Of a stretch of 64,000 nt of DNA, positions 51,880-63,081 are shown piece after piece; the stretch's first letter is position 1, and every line of letters begins with the position of its first letter. A model generated the notes under the pieces. It was not told the DNA's origin and searched no databases. It saw only the letters and a program-made list of their open reading frames with translations. Made by a program: the position numbers and the translations under genes. The DNA is taken from the NCBI GenBank assembly GCA_012026655.1, contig JAAILG010001202.1:1-64000 (forward strand). The letters run 5' to 3'. The DNA is from Hydrolagus affinis. Its lineage: Eukaryota.

Positions 51880-52140
51880 TGGAGTCCTGTAGCTCAGTGG
51901 TTAGAGCACTTGCCTTGCAAGCGAGAAACCTGGGTTCAATTCCAGGCAGGGCTAAACTATGGGCAAGTTTCCTTACTCCACATGCCTGATAATAATCCCT
52001 CAAAAAAAATCAGTCATTTCAATCCACGACTGTTTCTGCTGTGTGCAATTGGACTTTACAGTATATTCTTTGAAGCGCTTTGAGATGTCTAGAAGACGTG
52101 AAAAGCGCTATATCAATTGCAAGGATTATTATTATTATTT
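51880..52140 (+). mobile_element. Near full-length tRNA-derived SINE with L2-type 3' tail and (TTA)n end
   Basis: A box TAGCTCAGTGG 51890-51900, B box GGTTCAATTCC 51933-51943, anticodon arm with TGC at 51916-51918, tail AGCGCTTTGAGATGTCT..GACGTGAAAAGCGCTATATCAATTGCAAGG(ATT)n. Confidence 0.92.
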
Positions 52141-52521
52141 TAGTGAATGTATTATGAAACAATGAATAATGTTAAAAAACCAAAGATACTTTGTATTTTT
52201 GAGAGTGTAAAATTGTTTCTCCAGCCTCTCTTCCAACTCTCCCCGATATACACTGACTAATGGCTATATAGAGAAGTACATCATAATGTAGGAAATACAA
52301 ATCTGTTTCAACTGAAGAAGTGTAGTTGATTTGAATTATTTGGATTTACGAAAAATGGGGCCAAAATTCATAGGATTGAATCTTATAATATACAATATAA
52401 TACAATGTATAATTTTTAAAATATATTATGATAACTGAGAATTTGGAAGAGACGGGATAAAATCGTTCTGCAATCTGTGCTGCCGTCATGATGACTGAGA
52501 TTATATTTATTCCTTTTCCAG

Positions 52522-52657
52522 AAAGCAACAGCCTCTTTGTGGGTATACTGGTTACCATCTTGAGTCTAATCACTGCCGGGTTGATCATGTGTTTCAAACG
52601 GAAGACATTGCTGCAGCTGCTTTTCTCTCAGAAACTGACCACTGTCGAGAAATTGAG
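52522..52657 (+). CDS. ADAM12: ADAM12 exon ~19, transmembrane: LFVGILVTILSLITAGLIMCF followed by KRK
   Basis: ttccag| acceptor, |gtaaag donor; hydrophobic helix plus basic stop-transfer, ...TTVEKLR. Confidence 0.96.
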
Positions 52658-52789
52658 GTAAAGTCTTTTTCCAGCATTTGCTGAACAGACTCTGATGAGT
52701 TTTGTTTCCCCCTTGATTTGTTTGCATGATTACCATATCCAATCCTGAAGAGCCATGGGGGCGAGAGCCTATATCCAAAATCTAGAAGT

Positions 52790-52980
52790 TGCTGGGAGCC
52801 AGTAGGTCAGGCAGCATCTGTGGAGAGAGGAAACGTTTCAGAACTCTTAATTAGGGTCATCCACCAACATTCACTCACTTTCCACTCTCCATAGATGCTG
52901 CCTGACCTGCTGTTGAGTGTTCCCAGCGAGTTTTGTTTTTATTTCGGATTTCACAACATCCACAGGATTTTGCCTTTGCT
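52790..52980. repeat. Inverted-repeat interspersed element of a common cartilaginous-fish family (possibly Penelope-derived)
   Basis: 33-nt arms 52801-52833 / 52879-52911 (30/33); a more decayed copy at ~1050-1140; family identity from recall only. Confidence 0.7.
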
Positions 52981-53960
52981 ATATGCCCATAATTTAGTTA
53001 CTTTGCTGCCCTGCCCCTACATTAGTATTTCAACCCTTCCAAATTCGTCTCAATCCTGTTTCCTTCCTCATATATATGAGAAGATACATAATTCAATTTC
53101 ATAATTAGGCTTTCAGCAAGCATAATTCATATTACATTTTGAAAGGATATCAATTTGTGCTCATCAATAGCACTGAGTATTAATACATGAGATGTGATGT
53201 AGTCTGTACTAATGTGGCTCTGTGTCTTGCCACACAATTGCCAAGTCTTTCAGATCTATGAGAACTGACTGTTAGATCGACAGCGAGCACAATTTGCGTT
53301 GGTCTTGTTCCGTGGGGTTGTCACACGCCGCGTGACTTAACTTCAGCTGACAAAATATAACAGTATCAACTAAAGGAACTTTTCAGTACATTCTCTCAAA
53401 AAAGTCAACTCAAAATGAGGCTAACTCATTGCCTCAATCAAAATAGCTATTACATTTTCACTACAGACTCAGTAAAAAAACAGTAAACATGTTGGGAGGT
53501 GGCGGATTGAGTCGTGTTTTGGTTGTTCCTTAACAAAGAGCTTTGGATCTCAGCTACACCTCAGGATTCAGTGTTTCCTCAAAAAAAAAGAGGGAAAATT
53601 CTATTTACGGAGGGAGCAAAATCAGCCAGACACTAACGCCTGAACTCCTGAGTGCTATTTCATGACCTCCACTCCACTCTTGTGAGTGTGTGGTGGTGCG
53701 GTGAGGAAAGAACTGGGATTGAATGTGCATCTCTCCGCTTGAGTCGCACGTGAAGAAAAGCTTTTTGAGCATGTTATTGGAAAGCAGCCGACATCTTAGG
53801 AGAAGACAGGAATGTTAGGGTCAGAAGTCAGTCACAAATCGCATTTGGTAAAGATTTGCTGAATGTGCTTCTATTGTATGAGATTTGCCTACCGTTGGAT
53901 TGATCAAATATAAAATCTGTTGCGAATTGAATTTATACCAAGATACTTTCTTATCTTTAG

Positions 53961-54048
53961 GTCTGTCGGGCCAACTAGACCTTCAACTTCAAACCAGCCC
54001 AGTCCTGCCTACCTAACTCCCATTAAAAGAAAAGTCAACATGCAAAAG
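53961..54048 (+). CDS. ADAM12: ADAM12 exon ~20, cytoplasmic: SVGPTRPSTSNQPSPAYLTPIKRKVNMQK
   Basis: ctttag| acceptor, |gtttgc donor; phase 2 to 0 fits both neighbours. Confidence 0.88.
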
Positions 54049-54625
54049 GTTTGCCTTTTGAGAAGCCATGTACGGTCATAATTTCCAGTAGAAGGCAGCA
54101 GACAGAGCATCTGAGCATCTGTTTCTAATCTTAAAAGATGAAAGCTGATAACAGCTGAACAATAATTAATAACAAATAATAATCCTTGCATTTGAAGCAG
54201 CACCTTTCATCTTAGTCGGCTGCCTCAAAGCACTTCACAGGATTTACCTTAAAGTGTAGTGTCTGTGTTTTTGTAGGTGAAATAACAAGCCTTTAAGAAA
54301 ACATTCATTGAATACATAATTTAGTCTATCATAAGATCAGTAGAGTATGGTAGCTGGTTTAATAAGTTCCAGGGCACAGTTTTACGTAACATCTAAGTCT
54401 TATTACAATAGGTTGAAGCACTCTGGGATGCTACCCCATCCGTGAATGGCGCTATGTAAATGCAAGTTGTTAGTGTAACAATCCTGAATAACCCTTGCAT
54501 TTGATATAGCGCCTTATTACGCCTTTGAGATATCGTAAAGCGCTGCATAGAATATACTGTAAAGTGACTTGACTGTATATTTTGTGTGCGAAACAAAACT
54601 TATTACTGTATTTGTTTTATTGCAG

Positions 54626-54874
54626 CAGACAGATAATCTCCAGCCTGCCAGGTCGTTTCCACCCCCTGGTATGCGAGATCAAGGTGTACGAGGACCACCC
54701 TACTATCAGCCTGTTCAAATCAGTAATCCTCTGCCAAATTCAGTCAGAACAGCAAATTTGCACTTTTCTCTGACACCGCAGCGGGTTCTGCCACCACTGA
54801 ACCACAGCACGGAGTCTAATTCTGGAGTCCCTAATAGGCCGCTGCCAGCAAACCCTTCCTTCAGAAGCCCACAG
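54626..54874 (+). CDS. ADAM12: ADAM12 exon ~21, proline-rich tail with SH3-ligand-type motifs (QRVLPPL, RPLPANP)
   Basis: ttgcag|cag acceptor (NAGNAG), |gtaacc donor; 249 nt. Confidence 0.92.
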
Positions 54875-56545
54875 GTAACCTTTGGCTTTGTGTATTCAAT
54901 GAAGGTCATTGCAACCCACTGAGCAAATCAAAAGAAGCCCCATGCACAAAAAAGCACTGTCTCTCAGATCTTTCTGAATCATTTGCCAGTCGATTTGCCT
55001 TTGTCTACAGTAGCTATACTTAGTGCAATATCTTTTGCAACCTATTAGAAATACAACAGAGGACGTTAAGCAGTGGATGTTTTTCTGGATCCATTGCTGC
55101 TATGTGCATTAAATGAAGCATTAATATAAAACATAAAGATATAATGAAGTATCGTACTATTTTAACTACTCTCTATTCCATTAATTCGTTGTTCAGCAAA
55201 GGTCACTTGTAGCTTTAAATATCAGGTCAAACCTCATTAAATCTTTAGTTCTGTTGGACTGACATTTCTGTACTGCTTGCTGTGCATTCTCTTTTATAAG
55301 AATAATAATATTAATAATAATCCTTGCATTTTATATATCGACTTAACAAAGAATCCTTATAAAGAAAGGATTATTTGACAATACTAAGCAAATATGAAGC
55401 ACTGTTTCGAAGAACTGCAAACTAGTTCTTTGTCACTAATTTGATATATTTCCCTTTAATTTCACCTTTCGTGCTTTTTATCTTCTTATATAAAGGTAAA
55501 CACATCGCCTGTATTCCTGTCACCTTTCTCTAGGAGAACATTGCCAATGTAATCAAGGTGGTCCAATAATATGAATGAATCTTCCCTGATTTAGTCCTAT
55601 TGAATGGCAAGATTTTAGGCAACGATTAGTATCTAATAGAGAGTGAAAGCGTTCTCCTCCTGACATTTTCTCACATTGTTTTCATGGCGTGTAAAGATTT
55701 GATCATTGCATCTTCCTCTGTTTAGAAAAAGATCAGCCTGGCAAGCACACATATCACCATGGTAACATCAAAGTGCTGAATAAATTCTAAATCCAAAGAT
55801 CCATTTAATCTTAGATGATAAAATATTTGAACTTCACTAAAGGGCTTAAACCTTTTCCACTGTTTGTCCATTATAAACATTATCGCAATTTGTGTCAAAA
55901 TTACTGAACTCATATTGGAGAGGTTAGGCAATGATATGCAATGACCCAAGTTTTAACTTGTCTTGCCTAAGTAGTGTTCCAAGATCTTCCCATTAATCCA
56001 AACTATAAACGCCTGTTATTTACCATAATAAGAGTAATTATTATTATTAAGCATTTTGTAAGTGCACAAGAGAATCATTTTATAGGCTGTAATACAATCG
56101 TAATTGCGAGTAATTTGCATTCACAATTATAATCATTAGAAAGCCAACAAAGCCAAACCAAATGGTTATTTTTATTGGTGGAGGTTGATAATAAATTTGG
56201 AAGATTCTAGGATTTGAGAACTATATATATAAAGTGTATGGATAATATGAATATAAATGTGTGTGTGTATATGTGTGTGTTTAGAACAGACACAGTTTCA
56301 TCCAACTAAAACAGCTAAAAACATACCACAAGACACAAAATTCTGTATTGCTGCTGAAAAGAATTGCATAGTCAGATTAAGTTAACTATTGCACTTTTAC
56401 TGGTAATTCACCATAAACATGTATAATCAATAAACAAATTCTAACGAGAGTGAGAAATTCCAGTGGTTTGCAGAACTGAATATTTATGTTGCGTCCAGAT
56501 ACGTTTGGGACCTGTGCCTAAACAGGTTTTGTTTCCTGGTTACAG

Positions 56546-56661
56546 GCGCCTTCTATACGCAATCCTCCACAGAAACCGCTGCCAGCCAATCCTATAAACA
56601 GACCATCTCAGTTTAATGCCTCCTCTCTGAAGAACCCTGACTTCCAAATCAAACCTGTCAG
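56546..56661 (+). CDS. ADAM12: ADAM12 exon ~22: APSIRNPPQKPLPANPINRP...IKPV(R)
   Basis: ttacag| acceptor, |gtgagc donor; NPPQKPLPA motif. Confidence 0.94.
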
Positions 56662-59600
56662 GTGAGCTATTTATTCAATGTATCTGTCGATGATGCCTCT
56701 TTGGCTGTTGCCGTGACTTTATTCTTTTAGGAAATAACATTATGGGATATAGTGCATAGGTAGTTCGGGACATATGTGCATGGAATTGCCAGAAAGGTGG
56801 AAACTAGGTGGAATCTTGGTCTTTTTATCGTCTAGCATTTATTATGTTCTTAATGCTTGGAGGCATTTGACCCTCAAACAGCTCAGTAAGTTGTAAGATC
56901 TTCAGCCTCAAGGAAAGCTATGTCAGAGCTGTTATCTGTTGGAGCTATATAAGAAGACATAATGGGATAATGTAAGGAGTTGGGGGAATAAGTAGAGTGC
57001 CAGAGCAGAACTGAGTAAGATTTGGGGGAGCAGGGGTGATGGGTGGGGGAGCAGAGATGAAAGAGGCAATGAAATGGAGTTGAGCACCCCTAATTTGGGG
57101 AAGCAAAAGGGAGTCAGGAAACGAAAAGACTGCTGACAACTAAATTAAGAAATATTCTGTATAAACTGCTCCCAACATTTCAGCTATTTAATTGAGAAAA
57201 TCTCCTGAAGGTTCCATTCCCTGTAGTTACATGCACTCTCAATGATCATGAAAGTCGTAAAAATCGTATGTGTGACTTTTGACATTTTGATCGCGCTTAA
57301 TCTAACTTTTCCGGTATAATTTACTGTGACAAAACTACTGCTCGCTGATAGCAGAGGAAGAGAAATGAAAATACAAGGAGAGATAGTACAGCTACAAAAG
57401 GCATAGGTAGAGATACAAGAATAACAACATCAACGTGCATTTACATAGCACCCTTCACGCCGGACGGCATATCAGAGCGTCAGATATGTGAAGTATTTAT
57501 CCCCCATTAACTCCCAGTATGACTCTTGTCTGTATAAGTACTGATACTTTAAGCTAAAGCTGCAGACACAAAGGGATACCTAATGCAATTCAATTCAGTT
57601 TTTATCAAATGTGATATTGAGCTAGTGAAGCTGTGTTTGTGTTTTTTTTGTCTGATGAACTTTACTGTCCTTTGGCTAATTCAGGATTACAGTGTAGGTT
57701 GTCTAATCAAACGCCAGTGGATTACTCAGTGTTTAGTTATTAAACATTCCAGCTGCCAGAACCATTACCCCAGAGAAGGTCACTGCCTAAAGTTTCAAAA
57801 CCCCAGTATTATAGTGTAGTCAGATTTCATTTATCACCCAGGTCAACGGGCTTGCTTTAATTCCGACTGGATTTATCAACAGAAACGAAAACCTGTCTTT
57901 ATCCAATTAGGCCACCAGTTAAGATTTACTGTCTGGGAATTCTTTCCATAAAGAAACCAACATTTGAGGAGTTGATTTCATAGTTCAAAGATAGTCAGTC
58001 ATAACATTGGGGATGAAAGGAAAGTTCAGATTTTTTTTTAAATGTTCATTGGAGACGTGCGCTCAGAATATGTCAAGTGTAACCAATGCTTCTGAAACCC
58101 TTGAGGCTTTTGATTCTCGGCCACACACAGTTCCCTTTTGAAAGGCTTCAGTAGTGTCACGAAACGCTGTGGAATGATTTATTTGAAAAGAGACACAGAC
58201 TAAAATGTCACTCGGTAATTTGTTGCATGGGTTATGATATCTTCTCAACATATTTATAACCCAAGTATGCTAAGCTACAATGGAATAAAACTGGTTAATA
58301 TCCTATTACCAGTGTCACAGGCATTGATGTGACACAGAAGGTTGTTTCTATTCAGCTCAGTTGCATTGAAAGTTGGAAAGGGCTGCTGACAACCAATCCT
58401 GATATAATTTGCTTCAGAATCCAAACCAGCGAGCAAAATATCAATCGTCTCCATTTCATTTGTGTTATTTTTCGAAAACATCTGTTGTCAACAAGTTCTA
58501 CCTGAAAGTGGTTCGTTTCTTCCTGATTTTCCTTCCGATGCTTCTGCTGTTGACTCACACTGAATGCTTAGCTCTCTGATACTTTGTCCCAACATGTGGG
58601 AACCTGGTCAGTGAATGTTTGTGGACTATAACAACAACAAAATGACATTTATAGAGCGCCTTTCACGTCTGGAGGACGTCCCAAGACTAATTGATGGTGT
58701 TCAATTCTGTGCCACAAATTCACAAATCCTACAAGGATCACTAATGATCACAAACAGTAACCCAAGGTTCTTCCCACTCTCTAGAATGGAGACACAGCTT
58801 GTATTTATATAGCTGTTTATGTATAAAAATATAGTGGATTTAAGCACTCTGAGATGCTGTTCGTCGTGAAGGGCACTATATGAATGCAAGTTGTTGTATT
58901 CACCCACGAAACTACTGCCATTTTGACTATGATTGTTCTGTATACTGAACATTGTCACCCACTCAATTTACCCCAAAGCAATACAGCTTCCTTGCCCTAA
59001 CAAACAAAGATAATATAAACTGATTTAAACACTAGCTACCTGAGAAGAAACTTATAAATGATGTTCTCCGATCAGGGTCTAATGATACTTCAAACCCACA
59101 GTGGTTTGATGTGATGGTTATATCACCAGACCTATATGATTTGATTAGTACCTTTTAACTTGCTCCCAGTTATCCATTAGTTCCTATTTAAAACACACCC
59201 CTAGGCCACAGGGCTGCAAAACATTGCCATATTTATAATAATCAGCAGTATAATTTCCTCTTTCCCAGTTTAACATCATTTCCTTACTCTCCAGGAGCCA
59301 CTTGATTACAATATAATCCATCTATGTGAGTTCCCTTCACGTTGCAATGTATTATTTATTTCAGATGAAGTGGTCCAAGGTGATTCATTCTTCTCCCATT
59401 GTAACACTATATCTTGTACACAGCTAATGTTTAGCGGAAAGGTGGCTCAGTGATTTTTTTTAATCCTTTCCAAATAGGGTCCATGGCATAAGGTGTGGCC
59501 TAAAATTGGGATAAATCAGATAGTTCTTAATGGCCTTCTTCTCTGGGATAAGGAGGCAGATTTTAATTAGTGTTGTGATAGAGCACAGAGGTTGTTATCA

Positions 59601-59915
59601 GTATCAACAATTTGCTCACTGTGAGCTCATTACCTGTGAGGCGTCCTGCTTGGCAGCCACAACAACAACAACATTACATTGATATAGTACTTTTCATGAT
59701 GGGAAGATGTCCCAAGGCACTGAGGCTTTTTTTAACAGAAACATGAGAGACAATTCACAGTGTTAGTGTGATGAGAGGAGTTAAAACCCATGAGTTCGTG
59801 AATAAAATCCTTGTGGAGTTGTTGGCAATAATGATTCTAATGCGAGCAAAGCCCAAAGAAACAATGTGAATGCAGTCTGATTTCATTGAATGGAATATTA
59901 TTTGATTTCTTTCAG

Positions 59916-59967
59916 GCCGGCGCCCAAGAAGCCTCAGCAATATAGCAAAATTAACCAACATTGTTGA
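59916..59967 (+). CDS. ADAM12: ADAM12 last coding exon: (R)PAPKKPQQYSKINQHC-stop
   Basis: tttcag| acceptor, phase 2 completing RPAP; TGA at 59965-59967. Confidence 0.88.
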
Positions 59968-60154
59968 TATTTAAACGACTGAAGAACTTTGCCTGCCAGC
60001 AACTGACCAAACGTGTTTGCACTATCGGAGGAGTGAATGTGGATTAGTACATTTATTAACCAGCATTATGAACGGAAATGATTCTGCTGTATGTGTATAT
60101 GCTGCGTCAGCATTGCATGACACTCTGGGAGTCTAATTTGCAGTATTTCTTAAC

Positions 60155-60305
60155 AGGATTCCTTAACGAGGAATCCGGGTCTCACAAGTGGGACTGCTTC
60201 AGGAAACTGGAAATGTCTCATGATGTCCTCCCTCCCCCAGGAATTTCTACTCTGTTGTAATCTTCTTCAGGAGCAGAGATCCCACATTCCGACAGAGAAT
60301 TCTAG
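60155..60305. mobile_element. Old MITE remnant inside the ADAM12 3'UTR; related copy at ~47313-47461
   Basis: Shared ggattccttaa..ggaat...cacaagtggga ends and residual internal inverted symmetry. Confidence 0.5.
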
Positions 60306-61092
60306 CAAGATTCTTTATTTAGGAATACCCCAAGTTAGACTTCCTCTATAAGCCTTTTGGTATTATTTCTTGGCATTTGCAAAGGTTGGCAAGGCTCGGG
60401 CGATGACAAAACTGTACTTTTTCTGTCACCTTTTGGAAGAGAAAGTAGTCTCTAAATGATGAGCTCTCTGTACATAGAGTATGAATATTTTATACAATGA
60501 AAGAATCCCTCTGCGAGATCATGGTGCCACGACGAAGTTTACCAAGGCCCTTAGCAATGGCTCACCGGAATCTGGTGGGCAACACTCCCCACTCTCCATC
60601 CTATCGACCCTGCTTCAACTGAAGAAAGGATCCACACTTAAAAATGCATTCAGTTCAGCTTCTAGCAGTAGGCTTACAAAATAAATATTTCTAGAGAGCA
60701 AAAGCGCCAAACATTTTCAGTGCTTTCACTGTATAATTGGACACCAGCTAGATATAACACCAGTGTGACACCACCCTTGTTCTTTGTCCAAGCCACTCAT
60801 TGTATAAGTGTTGTCTCACCCCCAGGATGCATGTGAAATGCTATTGAATTAGCCCCACCATCAAATTTCTGCGTGATTTCCGATCTCACACGGCTAGGCA
60901 AGTTATCTCCGTATAACCCAAAGCAACACATGAGTTAGCAGGCGCTAACCCGGAGTTTTCAAATGCAGACTTATACTGTAAATAAGTGGTAAGCTCACAT
61001 CGCCAAAGGTGGTAACCTAATTGACTGGCACTCGTTAATCTGATTTATATAATATAGCATTAATAGATAAAGGGATTCTGAGCTACTGTTTT

Positions 61093-61117
61093 TGGTGCTG
61101 TGACTCCTGATGGTGCT
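61093..61117 (+). promoter_or_regulatory. Tandem miR-29 seed matches (TGGTGCT at 61093-61099 and 61111-61117) in the 3'UTR
   Basis: Exact complement of miR-29 nt 2-8 (AGCACCA); mammalian ADAM12-L is a known miR-29 target. Confidence 0.75.
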
Positions 61118-61750
61118 GTGTACTTGCTCAGGTACTTGTAAATTATTAATTTATGTTGAATATTTATTACAATGCCATGCAATGTGGTAGACACTTTTCC
61201 AGTAGCTGAATTTTCTTAAAGGACAAATTCTCTGAGTGTTGTAATTGTGATCATTTTTTCAGTGATAACATTCTGTCTAATTGCATCTTAGCAGAGTGAA
61301 TGTATTTGCTCTAAAGTTCCTAGGGCACCACTAAACACAATGTGCTATTAATCTTTAAACAGCTGAAATAAGACACAGATACTCAGATAAATAATTCAGC
61401 GCAGATTGGACTGATTCACAGAATTCATTCAAACGAAACCACTGCATTGCTTACTTTTTCTGGCAAAACCATTTTGTAAAATGTTTTTAAAAAAAATAAA
61501 TTCCAAGCTTACTATTAGTATCTGATGTAGTTTATTGATTAAACTATACTCCCACTTTTTGTAGCATTTACATATACTAGTAGGTCAGTTAGCTATTCAA
61601 ATCCTTATTATATAAATGAAATGTATCTAACATTCCATTTAAGCTTTTTCATGTTTGTTGTACATTTTAGGTTTTACAGGAAATGCTATTCTGGAGTTTG
61701 ATTCCTTTTGCCATTGATTCAACACTATGCTTGTGAATTGTCCAGTATTC

Positions 61751-61756
61751 AATAAA
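61751..61756 (+). terminator. Probable main polyadenylation signal of ADAM12
   Basis: AATAAA followed ~30 nt later by a GT/T-rich tract (ttagttgtttgtcgt); interspersed-repeat sequence resumes at ~61800. Confidence 0.65.
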
Positions 61757-62261
61757 ATCTGTTCAAATAATACACTCTGAATCATTAGTTGTTTGTCGTA
61801 ATATTAATCTTGCATTTGATATCGTGCATCATTGAGACATCTCAAAGCGCTTCACAGAATATACTGTAAAATGAATTGACTGTGTATTTTGTAGACAAAA
61901 CGCAGCAGCCAATTGCACACAGCAGTGTCCAACAAACATTCATGGATTGAGTAACGGATCTAAGATAACTGAGAAAAACACCAACACAATGTATGCAGAA
62001 TAAAAAGAAACCAAATTTTGACTGTTAAAGATTTCAAAACTAATAACTATTTATTATGAATAACATTTTCACAATTTAATCTGCAAATGAAAACTGAATT
62101 TGATTTAGTTCACATGTCATCCTCACTTGTACCAAATTTCCTAAGTTTCCGGAAACTTCTTTCATCAGGCAATTGTTCAATGTATTTCCAACTCTTCAAG
62201 CACTCTGATCGCATTCTGTGAAAGAAAAAATTATTTTTAAAAGTTTTTTAAAAAGTAGATT

Positions 62262-62303
62262 ATTATCAGAGCAAGAAAACAGTACATTATCAGAGCAAGA
62301 AAA
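62262..62303 (+). repeat. Direct repeat ATTATCAGAGCAAGAAAA x2, period 24
   Basis: 62262-62279 and 62286-62303 are identical. Confidence 0.9.
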
Positions 62304-62868
62304 TAAATCTCTCGCAATTTCTCCTGATCGTATTATCATTGTTTTCACGCTCCAAACTGTTACATGAATCTGAATTAAGTCAATAAATAGGGCCTGATTC
62401 ATAGTATTTCTTCACAGAAATTCGCTTAGAATTCTTCTTGACCTCCGGGAACTCCACTTTGGGAGTAGGTGGAAGTGGATCACGGTATCAACTACAGGGT
62501 TAAATGGTACCAAAAGGATTATTCTCAAAAGAGCCAACACTAACATGATGGGCTAGCTGACCTTCTGTGCTGTAAAAACTAAAATGACTTATTTTGGGTG
62601 ACCAGGTGTCCTCATTTTTGCGACTTAAGATCCCTTGCTAAGAATTCCTGTTTAAAAGTACAGTCATTTAAAGCAATTTAATTCAATCTCATGTGATGGT
62701 TTCTTTTCTCTGAGAGAGATTACCAGTTACCCTTAATGCATACAGCATTCACACAGCTCGACAGTAGAACATTCTGAGTTCTAAATAGCCTGGAATGCCT
62801 GTTGTATGAAGCTCTGTCAAATGAAAATGCATTTTGTCATTTTTTTTGAAAGCTTTATAGTTTTCTTA

Positions 62869-63081
62869 TTACAAATAGTTACTTTTTGTGTTCAAGTGCA
62901 GAGTGTACAATTCGCATTTATGTGCAACCAATTGCCTATAAAATGTAATACATTCACTTTCAGGCCAGGAGAACGAAACATGTAGCTCCCCTTCCTTGTT
63001 CTCAGTGGAGAGGTCTGCAGCAATGGGCTGTTCATTGCTCTGCTCTTCACTCTTAATTCCCTCCAAAGCCCTTACAATGTC
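62869..63081 (-). CDS. Candidate terminal coding exon of a convergent neighbour gene, possibly FANK1: DIVRALEGIKSEEQSNEQ...NYL-stop
   Basis: Minus-strand acceptor cattaacag|GAC is in frame with a 70-codon ORF. DIVRALEGIK loosely resembles the post-ankyrin helix recalled from human FANK1 (SVVSLLEERK). FANK1 is tail-to-tail with ADAM12 in human. ATTAAA on the - strand at 62677-62682. Confidence 0.45.
   Translation of the reverse strand, partial: DIVRALEGIKSEEQSNEQPIAADLSTENKEGELHVSFSWPESECITFYRQLVAHKCELYTLHLNTKSNYL

Larger units (their letters stand above)
6003..61780 (+). other. ADAM12: ADAM12 gene, 3' portion (exons ~5-23 plus 3'UTR); the 5' exons lie upstream of the window
   Basis: 19 exons splice into one frame of 2409 nt. 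The translation follows human ADAM12 as recalled (e.g. GVYFQGTTIGMAPIMSMCTA, DAKCGKIQCQGGASRPVIGTNAVSIETNIPLQ). Exon numbers are by analogy to human; the 3' end is estimated from AATAAA at 61751. Confidence 0.96.

Noticed and set aside
51881-51955. tRNA-Ala(TGC) gene
   Set aside because: Poor acceptor stem and continuous with a SINE body and tail present in many copies; it is a SINE head
62135-62175. Hammerhead-like CTGATGA...GAAA on the - strand (also CTGATGAG at 30414)
   Set aside because: Stem II and the flanking stems do not pair convincingly; at best a decayed Penelope-type remnant
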